Assembly: GCA_965221775.1 (NCBI GenBank)
Contig: CBDCSU010000006.1
Location: 544,001 to 608,000 of the forward strand
Reading direction: 5' to 3'
Source: Candidatus Latescibacterota bacterium
Lineage (GTDB): Bacteria; Latescibacterota; UBA2968; UBA8231
DNA length: 64,000 nt
A program made the translations under genes and the position numbers. Positions 30,313 to 40,165 of this stretch are shown one piece after another (within the stretch, counting starts at the first letter, position 1; each line of letters begins with the position of its first letter). Below the pieces are notes generated by a model. It was not told where the DNA came from, made no database searches, and was given only the letters and a program-made list of their open reading frames with translations.

Positions 30313-31275
30313 ATGAGTTGCAGGAGACTATTGGGGCTCCTTGGTGCAGGCATTCTGGCGGGGTGTGGCAGCGAGGAGCCAGTCGGTCCCGAGGTCGGCC
30401 GCCTGCGAGCCACCCTGGACGAACATGAAGCTGCGGTCACGTCCGTGGCGTTCTCCCCGGATGGCATTACTCTGGCGAGTGCCAGTTTTGACAGCACGAT
30501 CCGGTTGTGGAGTGCGGAAACCGGCCAGATCAGAGCCGTCCTCAAGGAGGACTGGAGCGGCGACTTCACTTCCGTAGCCTTCTCGGCGGATGGGAGACTC
30601 GTGGCTGCCGGCGGGGGAGACCGGGCCGTCCGCGCCTGGAGAGTGGACACCACCGAACGTTGGTGGACCTTCTGGGATCACGAAGATTGGGTTCGGTCGA
30701 TTGCGTTCTCCCCGGATGGCAACCTCTTGGCGAGCGGCAGCGACGACGAGACCGTGAGACTGTGGGGAGACCGCCGGGTCACTCTCAGGGGACACGAAGG
30801 CCCTGTCTGGTCGGTGGCGTTCTCCCCGGATGGAACCCTGTTGGCCAGTGGCAGTGACGATCAGGACATCCGCCTCTGGGAGGTGGAGACGGGCTACCAG
30901 AGAGGCACCCTGGCCGGGCATTCGGACCGGGTCGCTTCCGTGGCGTTTTCTCCCGACGGCAACCTGCTGGCCAGCGGCAGTGGAGATCGGACGGTCCGCT
31001 TGTGGGATGTTGCGACCGGCCAACAGAGAGATTCGCTCAAGGGCCATGGGGGTGCTGTCTGGTCAGTGGCCTTCTCCCCGGATGGGAGCACCCTGGCCAG
31101 CGGCAGCTCCGACGATAAGATCCGCCTGTGGGATGTGGCTACCGGCGAACCCAAGGGGGCCCTGACCGGACACAGGGATTGGGTGCGTTCGGTGTCATAT
31201 TCTCCGGATGGTACCACTCTGGCCAGCGGCAGCAACGACGGCACGATTCGGCTTTGGGATTTGACCTCGCCATGA
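30313..31275 (+). CDS. WD40-repeat lipoprotein (7-bladed propeller)
   Basis: Lipobox LAGC; seven GH..V.SVAFSPDG..LASGS.D..RLWD-type repeats. Confidence 0.93.
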   Translation: MSCRRLLGLLGAGILAGCGSEEPVGPEVGRLRATLDEHEAAVTSVAFSPDGITLASASFDSTIRLWSAETGQIRAVLKEDWSGDFTSVAFSADGRLVAAGGGDRAVRAWRVDTTERWWTFWDHEDWVRSIAFSPDGNLLASGSDDETVRLWGDRRVTLRGHEGPVWSVAFSPDGTLLASGSDDQDIRLWEVETGYQRGTLAGHSDRVASVAFSPDGNLLASGSGDRTVRLWDVATGQQRDSLKGHGGAVWSVAFSPDGSTLASGSSDDKIRLWDVATGEPKGALTGHRDWVRSVSYSPDGTTLASGSNDGTIRLWDLTSP

Positions 31276-31349
31276 CAAGAGACCCAAGGCGCCCGGTGGC
31301 TGTAGCGGCCTTCAAGAGAAGCCCTTGGTCCTGGGCGGCGATGCGGTTT

Positions 31350-31614
31350 CTAGCCCAATACCCCCAACCCCTTCAACAGCCGCACCCTGCTCGCCTACCG
31401 CCTGGCCGCCCCCGGAGTGGTGCGGCTCGAGCTCTACAATGCCCTCGGACATCGGGTGCACACACTGGTGCATCGGTTCCAGGCCGCCGATGAATACCAA
31501 GTCGCTTGGGACGCCCGCGACGGCCAGGGGTCGGCGGTTTCCTCGGGGATGTACCTGACGCGACTCCACTACCCAAACGGCGTGCAGACTCGGCGGTTGC
31601 TTCTCCTCAAGTAG
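31350..31614 (+). pseudogene. Orphan FlgD-Ig/sorting-type C-terminal domain fragment
   Basis: PNPFNSRTLLAY...VRLELYNALGHRV...WDARDGQG..VSSGMYL...QTRRLLLLK*; no credible start. Confidence 0.75.
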
Positions 31615-31897
31615 GGCCGCCCCGGTTTCGGCGTGTCACCGTGCCAGGCCGTCCTGGACCTGATTCCCCATCGCCTGCTTGGCACCGTCCTCGTCCAGTG
31701 ACCAGCTCCATGGGATCAGGCGATGATTCGCTCTCCCTGCTCCACAGGCCCTGGCTCATCCGCGGCATCGACCAACCTGCTGCCGGGGTCTGTTCGGGAC
31801 ACCCGGGATTGGGACTGCCACCCACAACCCGGTCAGAGAGGTCACAGACCAGCCCGGTTCGTACCAGATCCTTCCTGACAGTGGAGGGATACACCCA

Positions 31898-34800
31898 ATG
31901 CAAGTCCCCACTCTTCGTCCCGCCATCCTGGCCTTCATCGCCCTCCTCAACTCGCTGGCCGGGGTCGTCCACGCTTCGCCCCCGCCCACCCACAGCGTGC
32001 ATCTCTCCATACCGTTCGATCACGAGCACGGAGAGGGTGACCACCCCCGCTCCGCAGCCAAGAGGACAGCCGATCTGAACGTGGGCGCACCCCGCACGGT
32101 GCGGATGATCTACTTCCTGCCCAACGATCGCCCCTTTCGCCAGGAAGTGGTGGATTCGATGAAGACCCTGATCAAGGAGGTTCAGACTCTCTATGCCGAT
32201 CAGATGGGGGCCCACGGGTACGGCGGCAGGACCTTCCGCTTCGAGACCGATGCCCAGGAGGAACCGCTGGTGCATCGGGTGGATGGGCAGCACCCCGACA
32301 GCCACTATCTCGATGCCGCTACCGTGGAGGACGAGGTCCGACAGACCTTTGATCTCCGCAGCAACGTCTACTTCATCGCCATCGACAACAGCATCGAGAC
32401 AATCAGGAGCGATGGTCACTTTGTGGCTGGTGTAGGCGGTCGAACGGGAAAGAACGGTGGTTTGGCACTCGTTCCAGACGAATTCGACTTCCGCACCGCA
32501 GCCCATGAACTGGGCCACGCCTTTGGTTTGCAGCACGATTTCAACGAGGACGCCTACATCATGTCGTATGGGAGCGATCCGGACCGGCTGTCCGCATGCC
32601 ACGCCGAGTTCCTGGCCGTGCATCCCTACTTCAATGCTGATGTTGATACACAGGATGGGGTACCACCCACCATCGAACTCCTCTCCTCGCGCGGATTCCC
32701 GGAAGGATCGGAAACCGTTCCCGTCCGGCTCGAAGTCACTGATCCGGACGGTCTGCACCAGGTGATTCTGTTCGTCCGGCCAAGCGGATTGCTGGTGATA
32801 GGCATTCCCTCCCTGTTTCCCGAGGTGAAGGTGTGTGACGGTTTGGCGGGGGCAAGGGAAGCTACCATCGAGTTCGACTATGATGGCAACATTCCATCCT
32901 CCGGCTCAACGGGCCAGCTTGTTCGGGGCGTGCACCAGATGCACGTCGCTGCGGTGGATGTGGACGGGAATGTCGGCTGGACGTCCTTTGACCTCGCGGA
33001 GCTGTCGCCGCACCATGTCAACACCCTGGAGGGACATGGGAGTCGGGTCACTTCGGTGTCCCTCTCGCCCAACGGGACCACCCTCTCCTCGGCTTCTTCG
33101 GACGGCACGGTCCGGCTGTGGGACGTGGAGACCGGCGCGGTGACCAGAACCTTCGAGGAGTCCGCCTCCTCGGTTGCCTTTTCGCCCGACGGGACCACCC
33201 TGGCCACCGGCACGTCGAGGGGCAGCATCCGGATCCGGGAAGTGACGGCCGGGGCAACGCTCGCCACCTTGGAGGGGCATACGGGTCCGGTGACCTCGCT
33301 CTCCTTTTCCCGGGATGGGACCTGGCTTGCCTCCGGCTCCGATGACCACACGGTCAGAGTGTGGCATGCGGCCACCGCCGCACCGGCCGCCAGGATGGAA
33401 GGGCATACGAGTCCGGTGACGTCGGTGTCGTTCTCGCCGGATGGGACCCTTCTTGCCTCCGGCTCGGAAGACAAGACCATCTTGGTGTGGGGTTTCGACC
33501 CCGTCGCCCCCCCCTCGATCCTGCCAGGACATGCAAGCTCGGTGACGTCGGTCTCCTTTTCGCCCGACGGCGCCACGGTAGCTTCCGGGTCAAAGGATGG
33601 AACCATCCGAATCTGGGATGTGGAGACTGGCGCGACGGTCGCCACCCTGGAGGGCCATTCGGGTCCGGTGACGTCGGTGTCGTTCTCACCGGGTGGGGGG
33701 GTCCTGGCTTCCGGATCGCAGCACAAGATACTCTCGGTCCGGCTGTGGGATGTCCTGACGGGGAGGGATATCGCCACTCTCCACCATACGGGTCTGCCCA
33801 CCTCGGTGTCCTTTTCCGCCGATGGGACCGCCCTGGCCTCCGGCGCACAGGATGGCACGATCGAGCTGTGGGATGCCTCCGAGTGGACGCGGCCTCGCCC
33901 GAAGAGGCTGGCGAAAGTCTCCGGCGATGATCAGCAGGGCACCCCGGGCGCCGCCCTGGCCAGTCCCCTGGTAGTGGAGGTAAGAGATCAATACGGCAAC
34001 CCCCTGCCCGATGCGCAAGTGACGTTTGCTGTGACCGGCGGGAGTGGTTCGCTCGACGGGAAATTCACCATTGTCAACGCGACGACCGATGACGACGGCC
34101 GGGCCGAGACGATCTTAACTCTTGGCTTCGTGGAGGGGCTGAATACGGTGGGGGTGTCCATCGCGGAGGTTGAACTGTTGACCTTCAGTGCGATGGGGGT
34201 CGGAACGCCCGAGGTCCCGACCCTGGAGGGGGGTGTTCATACGTGGCACCTGCCCGATGGAACGACCACGCGCCTGGGAAGAGGATCCCTCAGTGATCGG
34301 GAAGGAGCGATTGCCTTCTCGCCCGACGGTCAGCTCCTGGCGGTGGCAACTGGCATTGGCATCTGGCTGTACGAGGCAGAGACAGCGCACGCCGTGGCAC
34401 TGCTGCCCGTTACTGGACGGGTCTGGGCGGTCTCCTTTTCCCCCGACGGCACCCGGCTTGCCTCAGGGGTCAGTACGTACTTTGGCGGCAGGGGTGACAG
34501 TTTTGTCCAGTTGTGGGACGTGACGACGAGAGAGATTGTCGCCACGCTCGGCGGGGGCATGGAAGCAGCCCGGACCTCCTTGTCCTTTTCCCGGGACGGC
34601 TCAACCCTCGCTTCAGGAGGAGAAGGCTTCGTCGACCTCTGGGATGTGGCGACGGGGGCGCCTATCGCCACCTTCCAGGACAACGAGGGCCCCGTGTCGC
34701 TTACTCCCGACGGCAGGACTCTCGCCTTCGTATCCAGTGACAACACCATCCAGTTGCGGGACGTGGCGACGGGAGAGCTTGCCGGCACCCTCGAAGGGCA

Positions 34801-37072
34801 TACCCACTGGGTCCGAGGGATTGACTTTTCACCTGACGGAACAACCCTCGCGTCGGCCTCCCTGGATGGCTTGGTGCAACTGTGGGACGTGGCGACGGGG
34901 CAGAGCATCGGCACGCTCCGGCACACGAATTGGGTCCATTCCGTGTCGTTCTCCCCCGACGGCAAGACCCTCGCCTCGGCGTCCCTGGATTTCGAGGGGA
35001 GCGACGTCAAGCTGTGGGACGTGGCTGCTAGAACGCAGATCGCCACCCTCGAGGGCTGGCCCGCCCATCAGGCCACCTCGGTATCCTTTTCTCCCGATGG
35101 CGCAGTCGTCGCCTCCGGGTCCGTGGGCACGGTGCTGTTGTGGGATGTCGGGACCGGGAACGTCCTCGCCATCGAGGGGCATACGGAGCAAGTCCACTCG
35201 ATTTCTCTCTCGCCGGATGGCAAGACGCTCGCACGGGCATCAAGCGATGGAATCGAGTTGCTGGACCCAGCAACCGCGGAAACCATCCTCATGATCGAAC
35301 GGGGCAACGTCCAGAAGGTGTCTCTCTCGCCCGATGGGAGCATCCTGGCCACCGAGTCTCACTTGTGGGACGTGGAGAGCGGAGAGATCATCGCCAACCT
35401 CGAGCCCGACATCTTCGGTGGGACCGTGGCGTTTTCTGCGGATGGTACGACCCTTGCCTCGACGCGACAGAGCGGAGACATCAGGCTGTGGGATGTGGCT
35501 TCAGGGAGTCTTGCCAGGACCCTGTCCGGCCACTCGGCCCTGGTCTTCTGGCTGTCGTTCTCAGCCGATGGCGCCACTCTCGCTTCCGGGTCCAGATGGG
35601 ACGGAACGATCCGGCTGTGGGACGTGGCGACCGGCGAGAGTACGGCCACCCTCGAGGAGGATGTCCGCTGGGTGTCGCTGTCGCCCGACGGCACCATCCT
35701 GGCTGCTGACTTGAGGTGGGGCCCGATGTTGTGGGACGTGGAGACGTGGACCCAGATCCCCGGCCCCCAGGGCAATGTCAGCTCGATGGCCTTCTCGCCC
35801 GATGGCACGATCCTCGCCCTGGCAGGGCTGGATCTGGTCACTCTCTGGGATGTGGCGGCAAGAGAGACTATCGCCACCCTTTCCGGGCATACCCATGGGG
35901 TTGACTTGCTGTCTTTTTCGCCGGACGGCACCACCCTTGCCTCCGGGGCAAGGGATGGCACGGTCCTGCTGTGGGATCTGCAGCTCCTGCAGCCGCATCC
36001 CCAGACGCTGACCAAGGTCTCGGGGCTCGAACAGCAGGGTCCGGCCGGCGCGCAACTGGGCGAGCCCTTCGTCGTGGAGGTCAGAGACCAGAACGGCAAT
36101 CCCTTCGCCGGGGCGACCGTGACCTTCGCGGCTACCGCCGGCGACGGCACCCTCTCCACGACCACCGCCACCACCGATGCCGAGGGCCGGGCGGCCACGA
36201 CCCTGACCCTGGGAAGCGAGCCCGGGGCCAACACCGTGGAAGCAACCGTCGACGGACTGGAGCCGGTGACCTTCACCGCCACCGGACTGGCGGTTCCCCG
36301 GACACTGACCAAGGTCTCCGGCGATGAGCAAGAGGGACCGGCGGGAGCCGCCCTGCCGGAGCCGTTCGTGATCGAGGTGAGAGATCAGAACGGCAACCCG
36401 TTTGCCGGAGCCACTGTCACCTTCTCGGTCACCGCCGGCGAGGGCACCCTCTCCGAGACCACCGCCGCCACCGACGCCGAGGGCCGCGCCACCGCCACCC
36501 TGACCCTGGGCCGCACCCCGGGGCCGAACACCGTCACCGCCAACGTACCCGGCCTCGACCCGGTCACCTTCACCTCCACCGCCGAGGCGACTCCCGACTT
36601 CGACGGCGACGGCGAGACCGGCTTCGACGACTTCTTCCTCTTCGCCGAAGCCTTCGGCGGCAGCGACCCCCGCTTCGACCTCGACGGCAACGGCACCGTC
36701 GACTTCGACGACTTCTTCCTCTTCGCCGAGGCCTTCGGCCAGCCCGCCCGGGCCAAGCTGCTGGCCCTGGCCCGAGAGCGGCTCGGCCTGCCCGACGGAC
36801 CCCAGCTGCAGCAGAACACCCCCAACCCCTTCAACAGCGGAACCGTCATCTCCTGGTTCCAGCTGGAGCCGGGTCCCGCGCGCATGGAGGTGTTCGCCCT
36901 CACCGGCCAGCGGGTGGCGGTGCTGCACCAGGGACCGGAGAAGGCGGGGGTCCACCGCCTTCGCTGGGACGGCCGCGACGACCAGGGCCGCCCCCTGGCC
37001 AGCGGCGTCTATGTGTACCGGTTAGTGACGTCCGAAGCCGTGCAGACGCGCAAGCTCACCCTGCTTCGGTGA
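31898..37072 (+). CDS. Large secreted protein: metzincin peptidase, WD40 propellers, Big_1 Ig-like domains, dockerin/EF-hand-like repeat, FlgD-Ig C-terminal domain
   Basis: Signal peptide; HELGHAFGLQH plus IMSY Met-turn; about 20 WD40 repeats; three VEVRDQ.GNP Ig repeats; duplicated DFDGDG/DLDGNG..FDDFFLFAEAFG; PNPFNS...WDGRDDQG...SGVYVYRL. Confidence 0.9.
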   Translation: MQVPTLRPAILAFIALLNSLAGVVHASPPPTHSVHLSIPFDHEHGEGDHPRSAAKRTADLNVGAPRTVRMIYFLPNDRPFRQEVVDSMKTLIKEVQTLYADQMGAHGYGGRTFRFETDAQEEPLVHRVDGQHPDSHYLDAATVEDEVRQTFDLRSNVYFIAIDNSIETIRSDGHFVAGVGGRTGKNGGLALVPDEFDFRTAAHELGHAFGLQHDFNEDAYIMSYGSDPDRLSACHAEFLAVHPYFNADVDTQDGVPPTIELLSSRGFPEGSETVPVRLEVTDPDGLHQVILFVRPSGLLVIGIPSLFPEVKVCDGLAGAREATIEFDYDGNIPSSGSTGQLVRGVHQMHVAAVDVDGNVGWTSFDLAELSPHHVNTLEGHGSRVTSVSLSPNGTTLSSASSDGTVRLWDVETGAVTRTFEESASSVAFSPDGTTLATGTSRGSIRIREVTAGATLATLEGHTGPVTSLSFSRDGTWLASGSDDHTVRVWHAATAAPAARMEGHTSPVTSVSFSPDGTLLASGSEDKTILVWGFDPVAPPSILPGHASSVTSVSFSPDGATVASGSKDGTIRIWDVETGATVATLEGHSGPVTSVSFSPGGGVLASGSQHKILSVRLWDVLTGRDIATLHHTGLPTSVSFSADGTALASGAQDGTIELWDASEWTRPRPKRLAKVSGDDQQGTPGAALASPLVVEVRDQYGNPLPDAQVTFAVTGGSGSLDGKFTIVNATTDDDGRAETILTLGFVEGLNTVGVSIAEVELLTFSAMGVGTPEVPTLEGGVHTWHLPDGTTTRLGRGSLSDREGAIAFSPDGQLLAVATGIGIWLYEAETAHAVALLPVTGRVWAVSFSPDGTRLASGVSTYFGGRGDSFVQLWDVTTREIVATLGGGMEAARTSLSFSRDGSTLASGGEGFVDLWDVATGAPIATFQDNEGPVSLTPDGRTLAFVSSDNTIQLRDVATGELAGTLEGHTHWVRGIDFSPDGTTLASASLDGLVQLWDVATGQSIGTLRHTNWVHSVSFSPDGKTLASASLDFEGSDVKLWDVAARTQIATLEGWPAHQATSVSFSPDGAVVASGSVGTVLLWDVGTGNVLAIEGHTEQVHSISLSPDGKTLARASSDGIELLDPATAETILMIERGNVQKVSLSPDGSILATESHLWDVESGEIIANLEPDIFGGTVAFSADGTTLASTRQSGDIRLWDVASGSLARTLSGHSALVFWLSFSADGATLASGSRWDGTIRLWDVATGESTATLEEDVRWVSLSPDGTILAADLRWGPMLWDVETWTQIPGPQGNVSSMAFSPDGTILALAGLDLVTLWDVAARETIATLSGHTHGVDLLSFSPDGTTLASGARDGTVLLWDLQLLQPHPQTLTKVSGLEQQGPAGAQLGEPFVVEVRDQNGNPFAGATVTFAATAGDGTLSTTTATTDAEGRAATTLTLGSEPGANTVEATVDGLEPVTFTATGLAVPRTLTKVSGDEQEGPAGAALPEPFVIEVRDQNGNPFAGATVTFSVTAGEGTLSETTAATDAEGRATATLTLGRTPGPNTVTANVPGLDPVTFTSTAEATPDFDGDGETGFDDFFLFAEAFGGSDPRFDLDGNGTVDFDDFFLFAEAFGQPARAKLLALARERLGLPDGPQLQQNTPNPFNSGTVISWFQLEPGPARMEVFALTGQRVAVLHQGPEKAGVHRLRWDGRDDQGRPLASGVYVYRLVTSEAVQTRKLTLLR

Positions 37073-37149
37073 CGGTTTGCCCTGACCACGCGATCCGGGC
37101 GAGGCAGGAAGAGCGCCCTGCGCCGAGCACACGGCGGATGCCCCGACGG

Positions 37150-37212
37150 TGTATGTACGTGCTCCACTACCCGGCGGGAATGCAGACGCGGTGGTTGCTA
37201 CTCCTCAAGTAG
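37150..37212 (+). pseudogene. Second orphan FlgD-type 3' end
   Basis: LHYPAGMQTRWLLLLK*; 37162-37213 matches 31564-31615 at 43 of 52 nt by eye. Confidence 0.6.
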
Positions 37213-37281
37213 GAGCAAAGGGCGTTCCTCCACGCGCACCTTCCCGTGCTCCGGTGAGTTCCCGCCTGATTTCTTGAGATC

Positions 37282-37326
37282 CCCCTCCATTTGGATGGCG
37301 CCAAGAAGCGCCCGCTTGCGTATGGT
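37282..37326 (+). promoter_or_regulatory. Conserved box plus -10 promoter, copy 4
   Basis: CCCCTCCATTTGGATGGCGC-N19-TATGGT; first 28 nt identical to copy 3. Confidence 0.7.
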
Positions 37327-37416
37327 GAGTGGCGCCAAGATTCGCGGCTACCTGTCCGACCCCGGCCGCGGGTCTTTGTCTGTCACCACTTCCGACATAG
37401 CTCAGAAAGGCCAAAG

Positions 37417-40051
37417 ATGAAGCGAGTTGTCTCCGCCAACTCGGATCGCAAACCAATCTTGCCCCCCCTGCTCCTTGCAGCCTGGATGGCCGCTGCGCCG
37501 ACCGACGCCGTGCCGCAGGTCGAGGGCCGAGTGCGGCTGTCGTCCGGCGAACCGGTGGTCGGGGCCCAAGTGCGGCTCTTCGACCTGGACGATCTGCGAG
37601 CGGCTCCGTTGACGGCGACCACGGATGAGTCCGGGGGCTTCCAGCTGTCCCTGGAGGGCTTTCCGGCAGGCCGGTCCGCCCTGCCGGACCGTTTCGACCT
37701 GGGGCTGAACTATCCCAATCCGTTCAACCCGTCCACGGTCATCCCCTACCAGCTGCCGGTTTCGACCGATGTGCGCCTGGACGTGTTCAACGTCCTGGGT
37801 CAGCGGGTGGCGACGCTGGTCAACGGCGTGCAGCCCGCCGGCTATCACACGGCTCGCTGGGACGCTACCGATGGGGCCGGCCGGGCCGTGGCCGCCGGGG
37901 TCTATCTCTACCGGCTGCGAGGCGGCGGCGTCACCCTGACGGAGCGCATGGTGCTGGTCGACGGACAGGCCGGCGTGGCGGCGCCCTCGGGAGAGCGGCA
38001 GGGGGCGGCTTCCCAGCGGGCGCCTTCGGCGATCTACGGCCTGACCGTCTCGGGACCCGGGATGGTCGCCTACGTGGATCCGGTTTTCCCGGTGGCCCCC
38101 GCCGCCGGGCTGGTGGACGTGGTGGTCCAGGCCTCGAGAGACGTCCCTCGAGCGAAGACGGCCTCGACAGAGACGGGGGTGTTGGGCGACGTGGACAACA
38201 ACGGCCGGGTCAACATCGCCGACGCCCTGCTGGTGCTGCTGTACAGCGCCGATCCGACCACCGTCATGCCCAACGACGGCGACATCTCCCAGGGCGACGT
38301 CAACGCCGACGGCCGCGTCGACCTGTCCGACGCCTGGCTGATCGCCAGCTACACCATCGACCCGACCGATCCGCTGCTGCCGGCCGGGATCGGGGCGCCG
38401 GTGGGGGTGGTCGCCCCGACGAAGATCTACTGGACGGACTGGCACTCAGACAAAATTCGGCGTTCGAACCTGGACGGCTCCAGCGTCGAAGATCTCGTCA
38501 CGGGAGTGGATTCCCCAAACGGGCTGGCTCTGGATATGGTGGGCGGCAAGATGTACTGGACGGACCGGAACACCGGAAAGATCCAGCGAGCCAACCTTGA
38601 CGGCTCCAGCGTGGAAGACTTGGTGGCCACCGGATTGAGCTCTCCCTGGGGACTGGCCTTGGACGTAATGGGAGGAAAGATGTACTGGGTGGACTATGGA
38701 ACGAATAAGCTCCAAACGTTCAAACCTCGACGGCTCCGGCGTCGAAGACCTGATCGCCACCGGACTGAGAACCCCCGAAGCGGTGGCCCTGGATGTGGTC
38801 CGCAGCCAGATGTACTGGACCGACCGGGGGACCGACAAGATTCAGCGTTCGAACCTCGACGGCTCCAACATCGAAGACCTCGTCACCACCGGACTGATCG
38901 ACCCTCGGGGACTCGCGCTGGACGCCGCGGAGGGCAAGCTCTACTGGGCGGACCCGAGCACCGACAAGATCCAACGCGCCAACCTGGACGGGTCACAGGT
39001 GGAAGACCTCGTGGCCACAGGACTGCGGGGTCCCGTGTGGATCGCCCTGGACACGCCCTCCGCGTCAGCCGACCACGGGGACAGCCGCTCGTCGGCGACG
39101 CCGGTCGCTTCCGGGAGTGAGACGCCCGGCGAGTTGGAACCAGACGATGTCGACTACTTCCGCGTGGAGGTCGCCGAGGCGGGGGTCCTGATCGTCGCCT
39201 TCACCACCGGCAATCTGGACACCTACGGCTACATCGAGGACAGCTCCGGCAACGTCCTCGCGAGCAATGACGACGGGGGACAAAATGCCAACTTCCGGGT
39301 GACGGCCACGGTGGATGCCGGCACCTACTACATCCGAGTTCGTGGCTTCGGAAACAGCCAGACCGGCCCCTACACCCTGCATGTGGAAGTGCATGAGCCT
39401 GACGATCACGGGGACACCCGCTTGTCGGCGACGCCGGTCGCTTCCGGGAGTGAGACCCCAGGCGAGCTGGTGCCTGGGGATGTCGACTACTTCCGCGTGG
39501 AGGTCGCCGAGGCGGGGGTCCTGATCGTCGCCTTCACCACCGGCAATCTGGACACCTACGGCTACATCGAGGACAGCTCCGGCAACGTCCTCGCGAGCAA
39601 TGACGACGGGGGACAAAATGCCAACTTCCGGGTGACGGCCACGGTGGATGCCGGCACCTACTACATCCGAGTTCGTGGCTTCGGAAACAGCCAGACCGGC
39701 CCCTACACCCTGCATGTGGAAGTGCATGAGCCTGACGATCACGGGGACACCCAGTCGACCGCCACTCTCGTAACCATCCCGAGTACAACCCCAAGCGTCC
39801 TGGACGCCGGTGACGTCGATTACTTCCGGGTCGTCGTCACCAAGTCGCGCACCCTGGTAGCCTATACGACCGGCAACCTCGATACCGTCGGCTCCCTCTA
39901 TGACGGCACGGGGGCGTGGCTCGCCGGCAATGACGATTGGGGGGATGCCAACTTCCGCATCTCGCACTCTGTCCAGCCCGGCACCTACTACCTCCGTGTC
40001 GCAGGCTTCTCCTCCTCAACGACCGGCCCTTACACCCTGCATGTGAGGTAG
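37417..40051 (+). pseudogene. Secreted header-module protein with dockerin, YWTD (LDL-receptor class B) propeller and three PPC-like domains; +1 frameshift
   Basis: Frame 1 runs to KMYWVDYGTNKLQ; extra A at 38714-38716; the next frame resumes RSNLDGS; DHGD...DVDYFRV...NDDGG repeats follow. Confidence 0.85.
39146..39752 (+). repeat. Intragenic tandem duplication, 333-bp period
   Basis: 39146-39419 appears identical to 39479-39752 (one 111-aa PPC-like unit). Confidence 0.9.
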
Positions 40052-40165
40052 ACAGGCCCACGTTGTCTCATCTCGCAGAGGAGACAGGAGAATGGTGACG
40101 TCCGCTGCAGGCCAGCCATTTGCCGCCGCGGCCCTCTGGGCCAAGCTGGCGGAGTAGAGGCAGAA

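Noticed and set aside
30400-36000. CRISPR array or DGR template/variable repeats among the repeated DNA
   Set aside because: Repeats are in-frame WD40/Ig coding units; no spacer structure, cas genes, reverse transcriptase or adenine-specific mismatch pattern noticed
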